From Blochmannia endosymbiont of Camponotus modoc (lineage in GTDB: Bacteria; Pseudomonadota; Gammaproteobacteria; Enterobacterales; Enterobacteriaceae), in assembly GCF_023585785.1 (NCBI RefSeq), contig NZ_CP097765.1, positions 450,001 through 482,000 on the forward strand: 32,000 bases of DNA. The letters are read 5' to 3'. The position numbers were made by a program, and so were the translations under genes. Each line of letters opens with the position of its first letter. Position 1 is the first letter of the stretch. Shown here piece after piece: positions 1 through 11,268 of this stretch. The notes beneath the pieces were generated by a model. The model searched no databases. It saw only the letters and a list, made by a program, of their open reading frames with translations, and was not told the DNA's origin.

Positions 1-1369
1 TTATACGCATTTTAGAAACTGATTTATTTTTAACAATCGGATCTGGAGGTAATACCAATGGACGATTTCCTTGCGCTATTTTCAGCAAAACCGCTGCTAA
101 ATTTTCCGTTGTCAAGTCTCTTCTAGGTTTTATTTGGGGTAATAGAGCTCGATATACATCCAAATCATCATTCTCAGTACTTAATTGATATTCTACTTTA
201 TTCGTAAATCTCAATAATCGACAATCAAATAAAGTTTTAGAGGTAGGATACTGAACCTCTGGAATTTTTAAGTTTATTTTACGTTCAATATGACGCAACA
301 AACGACATTCTTTCTGCTCTACAAATAATAAAGATTTTCCCATGCGTCCTGCTCTACCAGTTCTGCCTATACGATGTATATAGGCATCAGAATTTATTGG
401 TATATCATAATTTATTACTAAACTAATACGATGCACATCTAATCCACGTGCAGCAACATCAGTAGCTATAAGAATATCTAATTTACCATGCCTTAATCGA
501 TCTAACGTCTGATGTCGTACTGTTTGATTCATATCTCCATTCAAAGCTGCACTATTGTAACCAAATCTCTCTAATATTTCGGAAATCTCTAGCGTTGCAT
601 ATTTAGTACGAACAAAAACAATAGCTGCATCAAAATCTTCTGTTTCTAAAAAACGCATTAAAGCGTCATGTTTAGCGATTCCTGCATGCACTAACCAATA
701 ACTTTGTCTAATATTAGCACACATGCTAGTATTAGAATGAATAAATACTTCTTTTGGATTATTCATAAATCGATAACTTATACGACGAATACCCATAGGT
801 AAAGTAGCAGAAAATAATGCTGTTTGACGTTTAACTGGAATATTTTTAATGATACGCTCTACATCTTCAATAAATCCCATACGCAACATTTCATCAGCTT
901 CATCTATCACTAAAGTTTTTAGTTGCGATAAATTAGCAGTGCCACGGTTTAAATGATCTATTAGTCTACCTGGAGTACTTACTATAATATGAGGTCTCTT
1001 ATTTAAAGCACTTAATTGAATGCCATAACTTTGCCCTCCATATAAAGTAACAACATTTATTTTTTTCATATATCTTGAAAAATTAGAACACACTCTCCCA
1101 ATTTGTATCGCTAACTCTCGAGTAGGCGTTATAATTAAACCCTGAGAACAAGAATTGTTAATATCAATATTATGTAATAATGGTAAAACAAATGCCGCAG
1201 TTTTTCCGCTACCTGTATGCGCCATTCCTAACACATCATATCCAGCTAATAAATATGGAATGCATTGAATTTGAATCGGTAAAGGTTTTTCATACCCCAC
1301 ATCATGTAAAACATTGACAATATAACGATTTAATCCTAAATCTATAAAAGAGTCTGCGGTTTTCGACAT
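1..1369 (-). CDS. deaD: ATP-dependent DEAD-box RNA helicase DeaD (CsdA); 3' end lies beyond the left window edge
   Basis: Absent from the ORF track because it runs off the edge. Manual minus-strand translation from the ATG at 1369 gives [33 protein letters not shown]... with helicase motifs [25 protein letters not shown] and [10 protein letters not shown]. There is no stop through position 2 (456 codons seen; E. coli DeaD is 629 aa). A GAGG SD lies about 10 nt upstream. Confidence 0.93.
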   Translation of the reverse strand, partial: MSKTADSFIDLGLNRYIVNVLHDVGYEKPLPIQIQCIPYLLAGYDVLGMAHTGSGKTAAFVLPLLHNIDINNSCSQGLIITPTRELAIQIGRVCSNFSRYMKKINVVTLYGGQSYGIQLSALNKRPHIIVSTPGRLIDHLNRGTANLSQLKTLVIDEADEMLRMGFIEDVERIIKNIPVKRQTALFSATLPMGIRRISYRFMNNPKEVFIHSNTSMCANIRQSYWLVHAGIAKHDALMRFLETEDFDAAIVFVRTKYATLEISEILERFGYNSAALNGDMNQTVRHQTLDRLRHGKLDILIATDVAARGLDVHRISLVINYDIPINSDAYIHRIGRTGRAGRMGKSLLFVEQKECRLLRHIERKINLKIPEVQYPTSKTLFDCRLLRFTNKVEYQLSTENDDLDVYRALLPQIKPRRDLTTENLAAVLLKIAQGNRPLVLPPDPIVKNKSVSKMRI

Positions 1370-1984
1370 CTGTGATTACCTCATTTTAATAAACAATTAA
1401 CTGTATAAAATACACATCAAAACCCTTTTAAAAAATATAAAAAGAATACACATACAGACGGATTAAAGTTATTTTAATAACAACGCTCTCGTCATACATA
1501 TCCTGCGCTTGCAATAACTACAAATTAAAATAAAATTAACAATATTGATTATAACTTCATGAATACGAGTATAAATTCCATTTCATAAAGAAGAAAAAAC
1601 ATTAATTCTTGAGATGCTATGAAATATTAACCATATATATTTTGTATAAGTTATGTAATAGTGTATCACTAATTCAATTGATTTATTTCCTTAGTACCCA
1701 TATTTATCTTGTATTAGAATTTTATTCTATTAAGCATCAAATGATTTGATTTGATTTATTTTTTAAATGATAATATGCACTATCTTACTTAATTGTATTA
1801 TATACCTTATATATACCCTTATATATGCCTTAATATTATATATGATTTTTTTATTGCTATAAATTTCAACACCCAACCTAGAACCTAGCTACATGAATCG
1901 TCACCGATCTTTTCTATGTAATCAACCACGCAACTACAATTATCTCACATACGTAAACATATAAAATTTTATCACAGTAAAATA

Positions 1985-4084
1985 CTATGCGCTCACTTGA
2001 TGTACCCCTTTCATACTCAATCGAATTCGTCCCTGACGATCTATTTCTAACACTTTTACTAGTACTTCTTGTCCTAATTTCAAATAATCAGTTACTTTAT
2101 TTATTCTTCTTTCAGAAATCTGGGAAATGTGAACTAATCCTTCTTTTCCAGAAAGGATAGTAACAAATGCTCCAAATTCCACAATGTGACTAACTTTTCC
2201 AGTATAAATGGCTCCTATTTCAATGTTTGCAGTGATATCGTTAATTCTACGAATAGCTTGTTTTGCTTTGTCATAATCTAAAGCAACTATTTTTATGATG
2301 CCATTATCTTCAATATCAATAATAGTATTAGTTTCTTCAGTCAATGAGCGAATAACTGATCCTCCTTTTCCTATAACATCTTTAATTTTATCTGGATTAA
2401 CTTTAATGCTATATATCCTGGGAGCAAATTTAGAAATTTCCTGATTAGGAAACTTAATAATCTGTTCCATAATATCTAATATTTGCAGTCGAGCATTTTT
2501 TGCTTTTTGTAGCGCAATATTTATTATATCATAAGTAATCCCATCCGTTTTAATATCCATTTGCAATGCCGTGATACCTTGACGACTACCAGATACTTTA
2601 AAATCCATATCTCCAATATGATCTTCATCGCTAACAATATCAGATAATACCACAAAATCGTTTCCTTCCTTAATCAAACCCATAGCAACACCAGCAACTG
2701 CTGCTTTAATCGGCACTCCAGCATCCATCAACGCTAACGATGTACCACAAATAGATGCCATAGAGGACGATCCATTAGATTCAGTGATTTCTGACACTAC
2801 ACGTATTGTATACGGAAACTCATTAGCATTAGGCATAACTGCTAACATACCTCGTTTGGCTAAACGTCCATGTCCTATTTCTCTTCTTTTTGGAGCTCCT
2901 ATGACACCTATTTCACCCACACAATATGGTGGAAAATTATAGTGTAATAAAAATCTATCCGCACGAATACCAGTTAATCCATCAATATTCTGTGCATCGC
3001 GTTCTGTGCCAAGCGTAACAACAACCAGCGCTTGAGTATCGCCTCTAGTAAATAATGCTGATCCATGAGTACGTGGTAATATGCCTGTTTTTATATCTAT
3101 TTTCCGAATTGTATCTTGCGAACGTCCATCAACACGTAATTTGTTCGTTAAAATACGATAACGAATTGATTGCGCTTCTAAGTAATTTAAAAGATACATT
3201 ATTTCTTTTTCATCTACAGCGGAATGCTGGTAGCTACTAAGAACGGTTTTTACTATATCTTTCTTAATGCCATCAACTTGAGTATGACGCTCCTTCTTAT
3301 CAAAAAAACAATATGTATCTTGCAAACGAGACTCATACAATTCAGATAAATACGTTTTTAAAGATATATTAACTTCCTTTTCGTTCCAAGAATACTTAGT
3401 TTTTCCAACTTTTTTAACTAATTTATTAATATTATGAATCACTATTTGTTGTTGTTCATGACCAAATATAATAGCGTCTAAAATTTCTTTTTCACTTAGT
3501 AAACACGATTCTGATTCCACCATCAAAATATTGGATTCAGTCCCTGAAATCACCAAATCTAACTTACTATTAGATAATTCCGTCGTTGTTGGATTTAATA
3601 CATATTGATTTTTAATATAACCAACTCTAGCTGCCCCAATGGGTCCAAAAAATGGAATATCAGACAAACTCAATGCCGCGGATACTCCTATTATTGCTAC
3701 AATATCTGGATTTACTTGAGGATTTACTGATACTACCGTAGCAACTACTTGTACATCATTAATAAATCCCTTAGGGAATAACGGCCGAATAGGGCGATCA
3801 ATCAAGCGAGACGTTAACGTTTCGTTTTCACTTGGTCGACCTTCTCGACGAAAAAAACCTCCTGGAAATTTTCCAGCAGCATAAGTGCGCTCTTGATAAT
3901 TTACAACAAGAGGAAAAAAATCTTGTTCTAATCTTACTTGATTAGAACTAACTACTGTAACTAATACTGTAGTATCACTCATACTCGCCATGACTGCAGC
4001 ATTTGCTTGACGAGCTATTGTTCCAATGTCTAAAATTACAGTATGCTGTCCATATTTAAATTTATGAATAATCGGATCTAACAA
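1985..4084 (-). CDS. pnp: Polynucleotide phosphorylase (PNPase)
   Basis: The 699-aa ORF is collinear with E. coli PNPase ([16 protein letters not shown] vs MLNPIVRKFQYGQHTV; [10 protein letters not shown]; KH and S1 regions at the C-terminus). The start is TTG at 4084 with AAGGA about 9 nt upstream. E. coli pnp also starts with UUG. Confidence 0.97.
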   Translation of the reverse strand: MLDPIIHKFKYGQHTVILDIGTIARQANAAVMASMSDTTVLVTVVSSNQVRLEQDFFPLVVNYQERTYAAGKFPGGFFRREGRPSENETLTSRLIDRPIRPLFPKGFINDVQVVATVVSVNPQVNPDIVAIIGVSAALSLSDIPFFGPIGAARVGYIKNQYVLNPTTTELSNSKLDLVISGTESNILMVESESCLLSEKEILDAIIFGHEQQQIVIHNINKLVKKVGKTKYSWNEKEVNISLKTYLSELYESRLQDTYCFFDKKERHTQVDGIKKDIVKTVLSSYQHSAVDEKEIMYLLNYLEAQSIRYRILTNKLRVDGRSQDTIRKIDIKTGILPRTHGSALFTRGDTQALVVVTLGTERDAQNIDGLTGIRADRFLLHYNFPPYCVGEIGVIGAPKRREIGHGRLAKRGMLAVMPNANEFPYTIRVVSEITESNGSSSMASICGTSLALMDAGVPIKAAVAGVAMGLIKEGNDFVVLSDIVSDEDHIGDMDFKVSGSRQGITALQMDIKTDGITYDIINIALQKAKNARLQILDIMEQIIKFPNQEISKFAPRIYSIKVNPDKIKDVIGKGGSVIRSLTEETNTIIDIEDNGIIKIVALDYDKAKQAIRRINDITANIEIGAIYTGKVSHIVEFGAFVTILSGKEGLVHISQISERRINKVTDYLKLGQEVLVKVLEIDRQGRIRLSMKGVHQVSA

Positions 4085-4263
4085 AATAATATCCTTTTTA
4101 TAATTTAATATATAATTTTTTAATATGTCTAAATAATCATAAGAACATCATGATCTTAAATATAAAATTAACAAAATTTCATTTTCTAACTTATTTTCAA
4201 AAGCTCCTCAATAAATAAAAAAATATCGTCAAAATATTTATATTCTTCACAAACTAAATTATA

Positions 4264-4533
4264 TTAATGACGCAATCCTAAATTTCGTATTAAATTAGTA
4301 TAATGTAACATGTTATTTTCTTTTAAATATTTCAATAATCTTCTCCGATGAGCGACCATCTTAAGTAATCCGCGGCGACTATGATGATCCTTTTTATGTT
4401 TTAAAAAATGATGTTTCAAATGATCAATACGTTCAGTTAATAGAGCAACTTGTACCTCAGTAGAACCAGTATCCTTAGCGTTACGACCAAATGTAGAAAT
4501 TATTTCTCTTGTTTTTTCAGCACTCCAAGACAT
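4264..4533 (-). CDS. rpsO: 30S ribosomal protein S15
   Basis: Matches S15 ([24 protein letters not shown]). The ORF-track start (GTG at 4542) lies inside the SD. The ATG at 4533 gives 89 aa, as in E. coli, and has AAGGTG 6 nt upstream. Confidence 0.95.
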   Translation of the reverse strand: MSWSAEKTREIISTFGRNAKDTGSTEVQVALLTERIDHLKHHFLKHKKDHHSRRGLLKMVAHRRRLLKYLKENNMLHYTNLIRNLGLRH

Positions 4534-4867
4534 GGACAACACCTTTTATTTAAAAAACTATATTTAATTTGAAGATAAATTATATTTGAAAATTAAATTA
4601 AATAAAATTGGAATCAATATTCAATTTTTCATTGTATTCCTCTATTTAATTAAAAAATAAATTAGATAAAAATAGAAAATATATTTCTTTATTTTGTACA
4701 TTATCTGTATCTATCCAAAAACATACAATAAAAACTGTCTAACCCTTATAAACACTGCAAATAACACATATAATCAACACTCATACGTTCACGTAATTTG
4801 ACTGTATCAATTATCAAAATGTGTCCATTTTATATTCTTGACGCAAAAATAACATATATAAATAATG

Positions 4868-5650
4868 TCAACATTTGTCATTGGATATATTCGCAAACTC
4901 AATCATGATCATATTCATTGGCGTCAAGAAGGCATCTAACTTGCAAAACACTTGTACATCATCAAAAGAATCATTGTAAAAAATAGCTTCCAAAGTTGCT
5001 ATATTTATCATAGAAGAAGCAATGTACTGCCCTACTGATAAACGACGTAATTCTATGACATGTGCTCCGCAACCTAAATACTCTCCAATATCATTCACCA
5101 TACTACGAATATAAGTGCCTGTAGAACAATGGACATCTAATTCGATAATATTTTCTGTTTTTTTAATAAGACTCAGATTGTATATATGAATCGACCTGGG
5201 TTTTCTAGGAAAATGTATTCCTTTTCTGGCGTATTTATATAAAGGTAATCCACGATATTTTAATGATGAAAACATAGGAGGAATTTGATTTCTTATTCCT
5301 CTAAATGATGCTAAACATTGTTCTAATATATAATCATCTGACTGTACAGGCGACACACTAATAATCGTCCCATCTGAATCAAAAGTATCAGTACTTACTC
5401 CTAATTGAGCGCTGACTGTATATCGTTTATCAGAATGTAACAAGTATTTAGCAAACTTAGTCGCCTTACCAAAACAAACAGGCAGCATTCCTGTAGCTAA
5501 CGGATCTAAAGTGCCGGTATGTCCTATCTTTTTAGCATTAAATAATTTTTTAATCTTATTTAAGAATAAACCAGAAGATATTCCTTTAGGTTTGTCTAAT
5601 AATAAAATGCCATTAATATCTCGATTTCCTATATTCTTATATCGCTTCAC
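4868..5650 (-). CDS. truB: tRNA pseudouridine-55 synthase TruB, C-terminally truncated (no PUA domain)
   Basis: The 260-aa ORF starts at GTG 5650 with AAGG about 7 nt upstream. It is collinear with the E. coli TruB catalytic domain (RDINGILLLDKP, GHTGTLDPLATGMLP, CSTGTYIRS, GCGAHVIELRR). It stops about 12 residues after the LDxxLxPM motif, whereas E. coli TruB (314 aa) continues about 55 aa further. Confidence 0.9.
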   Translation of the reverse strand: MKRYKNIGNRDINGILLLDKPKGISSGLFLNKIKKLFNAKKIGHTGTLDPLATGMLPVCFGKATKFAKYLLHSDKRYTVSAQLGVSTDTFDSDGTIISVSPVQSDDYILEQCLASFRGIRNQIPPMFSSLKYRGLPLYKYARKGIHFPRKPRSIHIYNLSLIKKTENIIELDVHCSTGTYIRSMVNDIGEYLGCGAHVIELRRLSVGQYIASSMINIATLEAIFYNDSFDDVQVFCKLDAFLTPMNMIMIEFANISNDKC

Positions 5651-5687
5651 TAGAAACCTTAATGCAATTATTAATTTAACTTTTATA

Positions 5688-6047
5688 TTATAATTTTTCT
5701 GTAATAGAAATTAAACTATATACTTTTGCTCCTTCAATTAGTGAAGAATCGTATTTAAAGCATAACATAGGCGCTACACGTAAACACATAGTATTAGCTA
5801 ATAAAAAACGAATAAACCGTGAAGCACGTTGTAATATCATAACAGCAGTATCTATTTCCTCCGGACCTTCTTTATCAATAAAAGTCACAAAAATATTAGC
5901 ATTTTTTAAATCTTTAGATATTTGAACCCCTGAAATAGTAGGTATACCTATGCGAATATCATCGATCCTATGTTGCAAGATAATAGAAATTTTCTTATGT
6001 ATTTCTTGAGCAATACGCTGAGTACGATAATTATGTTGAAAGTACAT
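5688..6047 (-). CDS. rbfA: Ribosome-binding factor A
   Basis: RbfA similarity starts at [25 protein letters not shown] (E. coli [24 protein letters not shown]). The ATG at 6047 has GGAAGG about 8 nt upstream. The 27-codon N-terminal extension in the ORF track (to 6128) has no homolog support. Confidence 0.9.
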   Translation of the reverse strand: MYFQHNYRTQRIAQEIHKKISIILQHRIDDIRIGIPTISGVQISKDLKNANIFVTFIDKEGPEEIDTAVMILQRASRFIRFLLANTMCLRVAPMLCFKYDSSLIEGAKVYSLISITEKL

Positions 6048-6138
6048 CTGTCTACCTTCCGTAAAAAAATAAACATTTACATTACATGTAAATAAACACC
6101 CAATTGAATAATCTAATAATGAACACACTTAATCTCAG

Positions 6139-8817
6139 TTATACATGAGGTATTTTTACTATATCAAACACTTCAATCATATCTCCAGAATGAATATTTT
6201 TATAATTTTTTATACCAATACCGCATTCTATTCCACTGCGTACTTCATTAACATCATCTTTAAAACGCCGAAGCGACTCTAGCTCACCTTCATACACTAC
6301 TATATTATCTCGTATAACTCTAATTTTTTTATGACGTTTTATCATTCCCTCAACAACTATGCAACCAGCAACGTTTCCATATTTTGGAGAACGAAATACA
6401 TTGCGTACTTTTGCTAAACCAATAATTTCATGTTTATATTGTGGTACTAACATACCATGCACTGCTTGTTTTACTTCATCTATCAAATCATAAATTACTG
6501 AATAATAGCGCACATCTAACTGATCCAATTCAATTATACGCCGAGCAGTAGGATCTGCTCTAACATTAAATCCTAAAATAACCGCATTAGAAGCTGCTGC
6601 TAATGCAACATCAGTTTCAGTAATACCACCAATAGACGAAGATAAAATTTTTATTGCTACATCACCACCAGTTGATAAATTTTTTAAGGATTCACGAATA
6701 GCTTCAGAAGAACCCTGTGTGTCAGATTTGACAATTAAATTTAATTCAGAAACCACACTAGTATTCTTGATACTGGAAAATATATTTTCTATGTTGGGTT
6801 CTTTTTGACGAGCCAATTTTATTTCACGAGACTTTCCTTGACGATACAAAGCTACCTCCCGAGCTTTTTTTTCGTCACGAACTACAATTACACTCTCTCC
6901 AGAAGCAGGTGATCCCGATAAACCCAATAATTCAACCGGGATTGAAGGTCCAGCTGAAGTAATTTCATGCCCTAATTCATTGCGCATAGCGCGAACACGT
7001 CCATATTCTGTTCCGCATAAAATTATATCACCACATTTTAGTGTACCTTCACGTACCAGAACAGCAACTACAGGACCACGTCCTTTATCTAAAAAAGATT
7101 CAATGACTATGGCCCTTGCCATACCATGATGTACAACTTTCAACTCTAACATATCTGATTGCAATAAAATAGCATCTAATAAATTGTCTATTCCATTTCC
7201 TGAAGTAGCAGAAACATGTATAAATTGTGTATCGCCACCCCATTCTTCTGGAATAAGACCATGGTTATTAAGATCATTTTTTATTCGTTCAGGATTGGCT
7301 TCTGATTTGTCAATCTTGTTTATTGCTACAACCACAGGAACATTGGCAGCCTTAATATGCTCTATTGCTTCAATAGTCTGAGGCATAACTCCATCATCAG
7401 CGGCTACTACTAACACAACGATATCCGTTATCTGAGCCCCACGAGCACGCATAGCAGTAAATGCTGCATGTCCTGGAGTATCAAGAAAAGTAATCATACC
7501 ATTATTAGTACTCACATGATATGCACCTATGCTTTGAGTAATACCTCCTACCTCAGAAGAGGCTATTTTAGTTGAACGAATTCTGTCAAGAAGGGATGTT
7601 TTTCCGTGATCTACATGACCCATAATAGTAACTATTGGCGCTCTATTTTCGATTGTAGCACCAGAACTTGTTATATCAATATCACCACGATCATTCATAA
7701 TTAATTCTTCTAGTTCGTTTTCACGACGTAAAATAACATTATGGCCCATCTCTTCCGCCACCAGTTGAGCAGTATCTTGATCGATAATTTGATTAATCGT
7801 TGCGATTATACCCAATTGCATCATCGTTTTAATGACACGAGAGCTTTTTATGGACATCTTATTGGCTAATTCAGCTACACTTATAGTTTGTCCAATAATA
7901 ATATCGCGAGTAATTGTTTGAACAGGTTTATTAAAAACTTGTACTAATGCGCTTTGTTTACGCTTATTTTTATTAACACGATTCGGAACATACAACTCTT
8001 CTTCTATACCCAATTCATCAGATGTTGCCTCATATAAACGATGATGATTACTCCTTTTATGTTGTTTAATTAATTTTCCGCTATTTCGATATCTCGTACG
8101 CACACGAGAGCGATTTCTTCTTTCATTTTCTAATTTTTGATTATTATTCTTCTCTAGCAATTCAGGCATACAATATATTTTATTATTATTGGGACTATCT
8201 CCTAAATTAGAACGAATTGCATTTGTATTATTTAATTCAATGTCCCAACAGTTTTTAGTCTTTTTTTTAAGAGACTGAGTTTCATCTGATACTTGTAAAG
8301 ACTTTTCTTCAAATTTATGAGAGATTTTTTCTATAACTTTCTCTTTGTGTTCTGTTGATTCAAAATAACGATGATTTTTTTTGGAGATTTGTGTTAACGA
8401 TAACGGACTGAGAGTATTACTTATTTTTTTGTTGACCAATCTATTATTCTTTACAGTTAGATTAGATGTTTCACGATTAGCATCAAAAACCATTTTGTTT
8501 TTTACACCAATAAACTCTGCCTCTTGTAAGGTAGATTGTACATATGTAAGTTTCTTTCGTATCTCTATGTGTACTTTTTTATTTTTACCACCTACACTAG
8601 ATACACTTAAAATACTACGCATTTTTCGTTGTAATATTAATTTATTAGATATGTCGTTTTTATTATCATTCATATACTTAAATAAAATTTCTTTTTCTTT
8701 TTGAGTTACAATACCTATTTCTGTTTTTAAAATGCCAATATATGAAAACCATTGTATTAATTGATCTACTGACATTTTCATTTCCGCAGCAAACGATTGT
8801 ATGGTGGTATCTGTCAT
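6139..8817 (-). CDS. infB: Translation initiation factor IF-2
   Basis: The 892-aa ORF compares with 890 aa in E. coli. The N-terminus is [13 protein letters not shown] and the GTPase motifs [14 protein letters not shown] and NKID are present. AAGGAAAG lies just upstream of the ATG at 8817. Confidence 0.97.
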   Translation of the reverse strand: MTDTTIQSFAAEMKMSVDQLIQWFSYIGILKTEIGIVTQKEKEILFKYMNDNKNDISNKLILQRKMRSILSVSSVGGKNKKVHIEIRKKLTYVQSTLQEAEFIGVKNKMVFDANRETSNLTVKNNRLVNKKISNTLSPLSLTQISKKNHRYFESTEHKEKVIEKISHKFEEKSLQVSDETQSLKKKTKNCWDIELNNTNAIRSNLGDSPNNNKIYCMPELLEKNNNQKLENERRNRSRVRTRYRNSGKLIKQHKRSNHHRLYEATSDELGIEEELYVPNRVNKNKRKQSALVQVFNKPVQTITRDIIIGQTISVAELANKMSIKSSRVIKTMMQLGIIATINQIIDQDTAQLVAEEMGHNVILRRENELEELIMNDRGDIDITSSGATIENRAPIVTIMGHVDHGKTSLLDRIRSTKIASSEVGGITQSIGAYHVSTNNGMITFLDTPGHAAFTAMRARGAQITDIVVLVVAADDGVMPQTIEAIEHIKAANVPVVVAINKIDKSEANPERIKNDLNNHGLIPEEWGGDTQFIHVSATSGNGIDNLLDAILLQSDMLELKVVHHGMARAIVIESFLDKGRGPVVAVLVREGTLKCGDIILCGTEYGRVRAMRNELGHEITSAGPSIPVELLGLSGSPASGESVIVVRDEKKAREVALYRQGKSREIKLARQKEPNIENIFSSIKNTSVVSELNLIVKSDTQGSSEAIRESLKNLSTGGDVAIKILSSSIGGITETDVALAAASNAVILGFNVRADPTARRIIELDQLDVRYYSVIYDLIDEVKQAVHGMLVPQYKHEIIGLAKVRNVFRSPKYGNVAGCIVVEGMIKRHKKIRVIRDNIVVYEGELESLRRFKDDVNEVRSGIECGIGIKNYKNIHSGDMIEVFDIVKIPHV

Positions 8818-8847
8818 GGCTTTCCTTAATTATTATGAATAATAATA

Positions 8848-10365
8848 TTAATGTTTGTTATCATTATTAAACCAACAAATATTGCGGGCTTCCATAATTA
8901 ATTCTCCAATTTTTTCTTTAGTTAATCCTTCAATATCGGAAAGATCCGAAATATCTTTTTCAGCTAACTCTTCTAATGTGGAAATACCACGTTCAACTAA
9001 TGTTAATGCTAATTTATATTCAATATTAGGTAATCTCAATAATCCTGTAATGGGATGAATAACCGCCGCAGTATAATTATCTTCCTTAACATCTTTTTCA
9101 TTATGAGTCACAGAAAAATTCTTTAAAGCACTTTTTGCGCGATCTCTAATTATTTCTACTGTTTTTCTATCAAATTCTTTTATTGATAATAATTCTGTCA
9201 TAGGTACATAAGCTAATTCCTCAAGTGAAGAAAACCCTGAATCAATTAAAATTTTAGCAAATTGCTCACTGATATTTAAGGAATGAATAAAAATATTGAT
9301 AATAGCACATATTTCAACTTGACGTTTCTTTTCCAACTCATCTACAGTCATAATATTGAGTTCCCATCCGCTTAATTGAGATACTAGACGAATGTTTTGT
9401 CCATTCCTTCCAATAGCTTGAGGTAAATTAGATTCCTCTACTGAAATATCCATTGTATGCTTATCTTCATCTATCACAATAGACGCAACATCAGCAGGAG
9501 ACATAGCATTGATAACAAATTGAACAGGATTATCATCCCATAATATAACATCTACTCGTTCTCCTCCTAATTCACCAGACACAGCCTGAACCCGTGCGCC
9601 TCTCATTCCTACACATGCTCCTACTGGATCAATACGCTTATCATTTGTTTTAACGGCAATTTTTGCCCGTGAACCAGGATCGCGCGCTGCGGCTTTAATT
9701 GTGATTAATTCTTCTCCAATTTCAGGTACCTCGATACGAAATAATTCAATCAACATTTCGGTCCTCGTACGACTGATAAGTAATTGAGGACCTTTAAAAT
9801 CCGGTCGCACCAAATAAAGAATACCACGAATTCTATCTCCCAATCTAAAATTTTCACGCGGTAACATTTCTTCTCTATTAATAATACCTTCAGCATTATT
9901 TCCTAAATCTATACTTATACTATCTCTATTAATTTTCTTTACTATACCTGTAACGATATCACCCTGTCGATTTAAAAACTGTTCTATAATAATTGCACGT
10001 TCAGCTTCACGTACCTTTTGAACAATAACTTGTTTTGCAGTTTGAGTTGTAATACGATCGAAACTAATAGATTCAATGCCATCTTCAATGTAATCACAAA
10101 TTTGAACTTTTGGATTCTCAAATCGAGCTGCATCTAATGTAATTTCTTTAGTAGGTTGAGTTACTTGTTCCACTACAACCCACCTCCGAAATGTATTAAT
10201 CTGACCTGATTTACGATCAATTACAACACGAACTTCAACATCTTGTTCATATTTCTTTTTTGTAGCAGCAGCCAATGCTGTTTCTAATGCTTCAAAAATT
10301 TTTTCTTGAGGTACAGCTTTTTCATTAGAAACTGCTTCTATAACAGCCAAAATCTCTTTATTCAT
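8848..10365 (-). CDS. nusA: Transcription termination/antitermination factor NusA
   Basis: The 505-aa ORF begins [28 protein letters not shown], close to the E. coli NusA N-terminus. S1 and KH regions ([19 protein letters not shown]) and the C-terminal repeat domains are present. Confidence 0.97.
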   Translation of the reverse strand: MNKEILAVIEAVSNEKAVPQEKIFEALETALAAATKKKYEQDVEVRVVIDRKSGQINTFRRWVVVEQVTQPTKEITLDAARFENPKVQICDYIEDGIESISFDRITTQTAKQVIVQKVREAERAIIIEQFLNRQGDIVTGIVKKINRDSISIDLGNNAEGIINREEMLPRENFRLGDRIRGILYLVRPDFKGPQLLISRTRTEMLIELFRIEVPEIGEELITIKAAARDPGSRAKIAVKTNDKRIDPVGACVGMRGARVQAVSGELGGERVDVILWDDNPVQFVINAMSPADVASIVIDEDKHTMDISVEESNLPQAIGRNGQNIRLVSQLSGWELNIMTVDELEKKRQVEICAIINIFIHSLNISEQFAKILIDSGFSSLEELAYVPMTELLSIKEFDRKTVEIIRDRAKSALKNFSVTHNEKDVKEDNYTAAVIHPITGLLRLPNIEYKLALTLVERGISTLEELAEKDISDLSDIEGLTKEKIGELIMEARNICWFNNDNKH

Positions 10366-10389
10366 CCCAGTTTCTCAAACGTTATTTCC

Positions 10390-10790
10390 TTAATAGCTAT
10401 TATGTGTATATCATTGTGTAATTAAATTTTAAAAAATAACTCACCCCTACATCGTATTGACAACATAATGTATTGCAATTTATCGATTCAATTACAAAAA
10501 CTATGATTATAATTAATACAAATTAATTTAATCGTCCTATTCATATCAGACAACCTTGTAACATATAACAGAATTCTATTCGATATTATGAAATTAATAA
10601 ACCTTGAGAAATTTCCATAGAAAATAATCAGTGATCTACTTATTTGATAGGTACGTTATCAACATGAAAAGAAATCTATTAATATTCTCTGAATATTAAC
10701 TAAACATTTAACCATAACTAATTTAATAAATTGATATTGTTTATGTAGCCCCTAATATCTAAATATCAACATTTTTCCATTATTCTCAAA
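10390..10790 (-). pseudogene. rimP: Probable decayed remnant of ribosome maturation factor RimP (yhbC)
   Basis: This is the syntenic slot between metY and nusA, and it has no ORF of 60 aa or more. Minus-strand fragments in different frames resemble E. coli RimP in the correct order. QRILID (~10672-10690) matches LRIYID. HVDNV just downstream matches INVDDC. MEISQGLL (~10595-10618) matches LEVSSPGL. LLYVTRLSDMNRTIKLICI (~10515-10575) matches TLVLRMAVQNRRKWQGVI. All are interrupted by stops or frameshifts. The similarity was judged by eye only. Confidence 0.35.
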
Positions 10791-10875
10791 CGAGAACACC
10801 CGGATCGGTCAAGCTTAGTATAACACACAAAACGTATTATTTCCTACAGTATAAATAAAACAACCTACTTGATAC

Positions 10876-10951
10876 GGTTGCGGGGGTCGGATTTGAACCA
10901 ACGACCTTCGGGTTATGAGCCCGACGAGCTGCCATACTGCTCCACCCCGCG
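10876..10951 (-). tRNA. metY: Initiator tRNA-fMet (anticodon CAT)
   Basis: The minus strand reads CGCGGGGTGGAGCAGTATGGCAGCTCGTCGGGCTCATAACCCGAAGGTCGTTGGTTCAAATCCGACCCCCGCAACC, nearly identical to E. coli tRNA-fMet. It keeps the C1:A72 mismatch and the three consecutive G:C pairs in the anticodon stem. The 3' end is encoded as CC-G, so the terminal A of CCA is not templated. Confidence 0.92.
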
Positions 10952-10973
10952 CCTGTACTAAAACAATAAGAAT

Positions 10974-11001
10974 TGTATACCACATAACTCCAAAAAAGCA
11001 A
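10974..11001 (-). promoter_or_regulatory. Candidate sigma70 promoter upstream of metY (TTGCTT-N16-TATACA with a TGn extended -10)
   Basis: The minus strand reads TTGCTT ttttggagttatgTGg TATACA, ending about 22 nt upstream of the mature tRNA-fMet 5' end. In a genome this AT-rich, such matches arise easily by chance. Confidence 0.2.
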
Positions 11002-11022
11002 ATTATTTATATTACGAAACAA

Positions 11023-11108
11023 TACCGAGGACGGGACTTGAACCCGTAATCTCAAATAAGAGAACTACCACCTCAAAGTAGCGTGTCTACCAATTCCACC
11101 ACCTCGGT
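11023..11108 (-). tRNA. leuU: tRNA-Leu (anticodon GAG), class II with long variable arm
   Basis: The minus strand reads ACCGAGGTGGTGGAATTGGTAGACACGCTACTTTGAGGTGGTAGTTCTCTTATTTGAGATTACGGGTTCAAGTCCCGTCCTCGGTA, close to E. coli leuU. Differences are an A1:U72 pair and a variable arm 2 nt longer. CCA is not encoded. It lies downstream of secG, as in E. coli. Confidence 0.92.
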
Positions 11109-11268
11109 TATTAACAATCATCGATAATATGAAATCACATATAGTAATATTTTAATTTATATATACATTGCTGGTTACATATATTTTATGTCTTTTTTAT
11201 TACATATAAAAAGATATCTTTAACCAATTTGTTGTTGAAAAATTACGCTTAAAATTTATATAATTTTA

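Noticed and set aside
1741-1850. Short tandem and degenerate repeats that could be mistaken for a repeat array
   Set aside because: The units are 5-13 bp, degenerate, and lack the unique spacers of a CRISPR array. They are typical low-complexity AT-rich intergenic DNA.
3055-3240. Short antisense ORFs of 60-77 aa (also 5511-5693, 11324-11545, 12036-12269, 13097-13288, 14773-14967, 17158-17340, 21375-21602, 29918-30124)
   Set aside because: Each lies opposite a conserved gene, or overlaps one as 29918-30124 does. None has a start context or a recognisable domain.
6048-6128. N-terminal extension of rbfA in the ORF track (also cysQ 28427-28498, rpsO 4534-4542, rpsR 29462-29473, rplI 29180-29191)
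   Set aside because: The extensions have no counterpart in E. coli orthologs. In most cases the internal ATG has a well-spaced SD that lies inside the supposed extension.
8381-8704. 107-aa plus-strand ORF, and the similar ORFs at 7184-7381 and 8855-9058
   Set aside because: They are antisense to infB or nusA and show hydrophobic junk composition with no homolog features.
10837-11055. 72-aa minus-strand ORF
   Set aside because: It reads straight through tRNA-fMet and into tRNA-Leu. The tRNA folds fully explain the sequence conservation.
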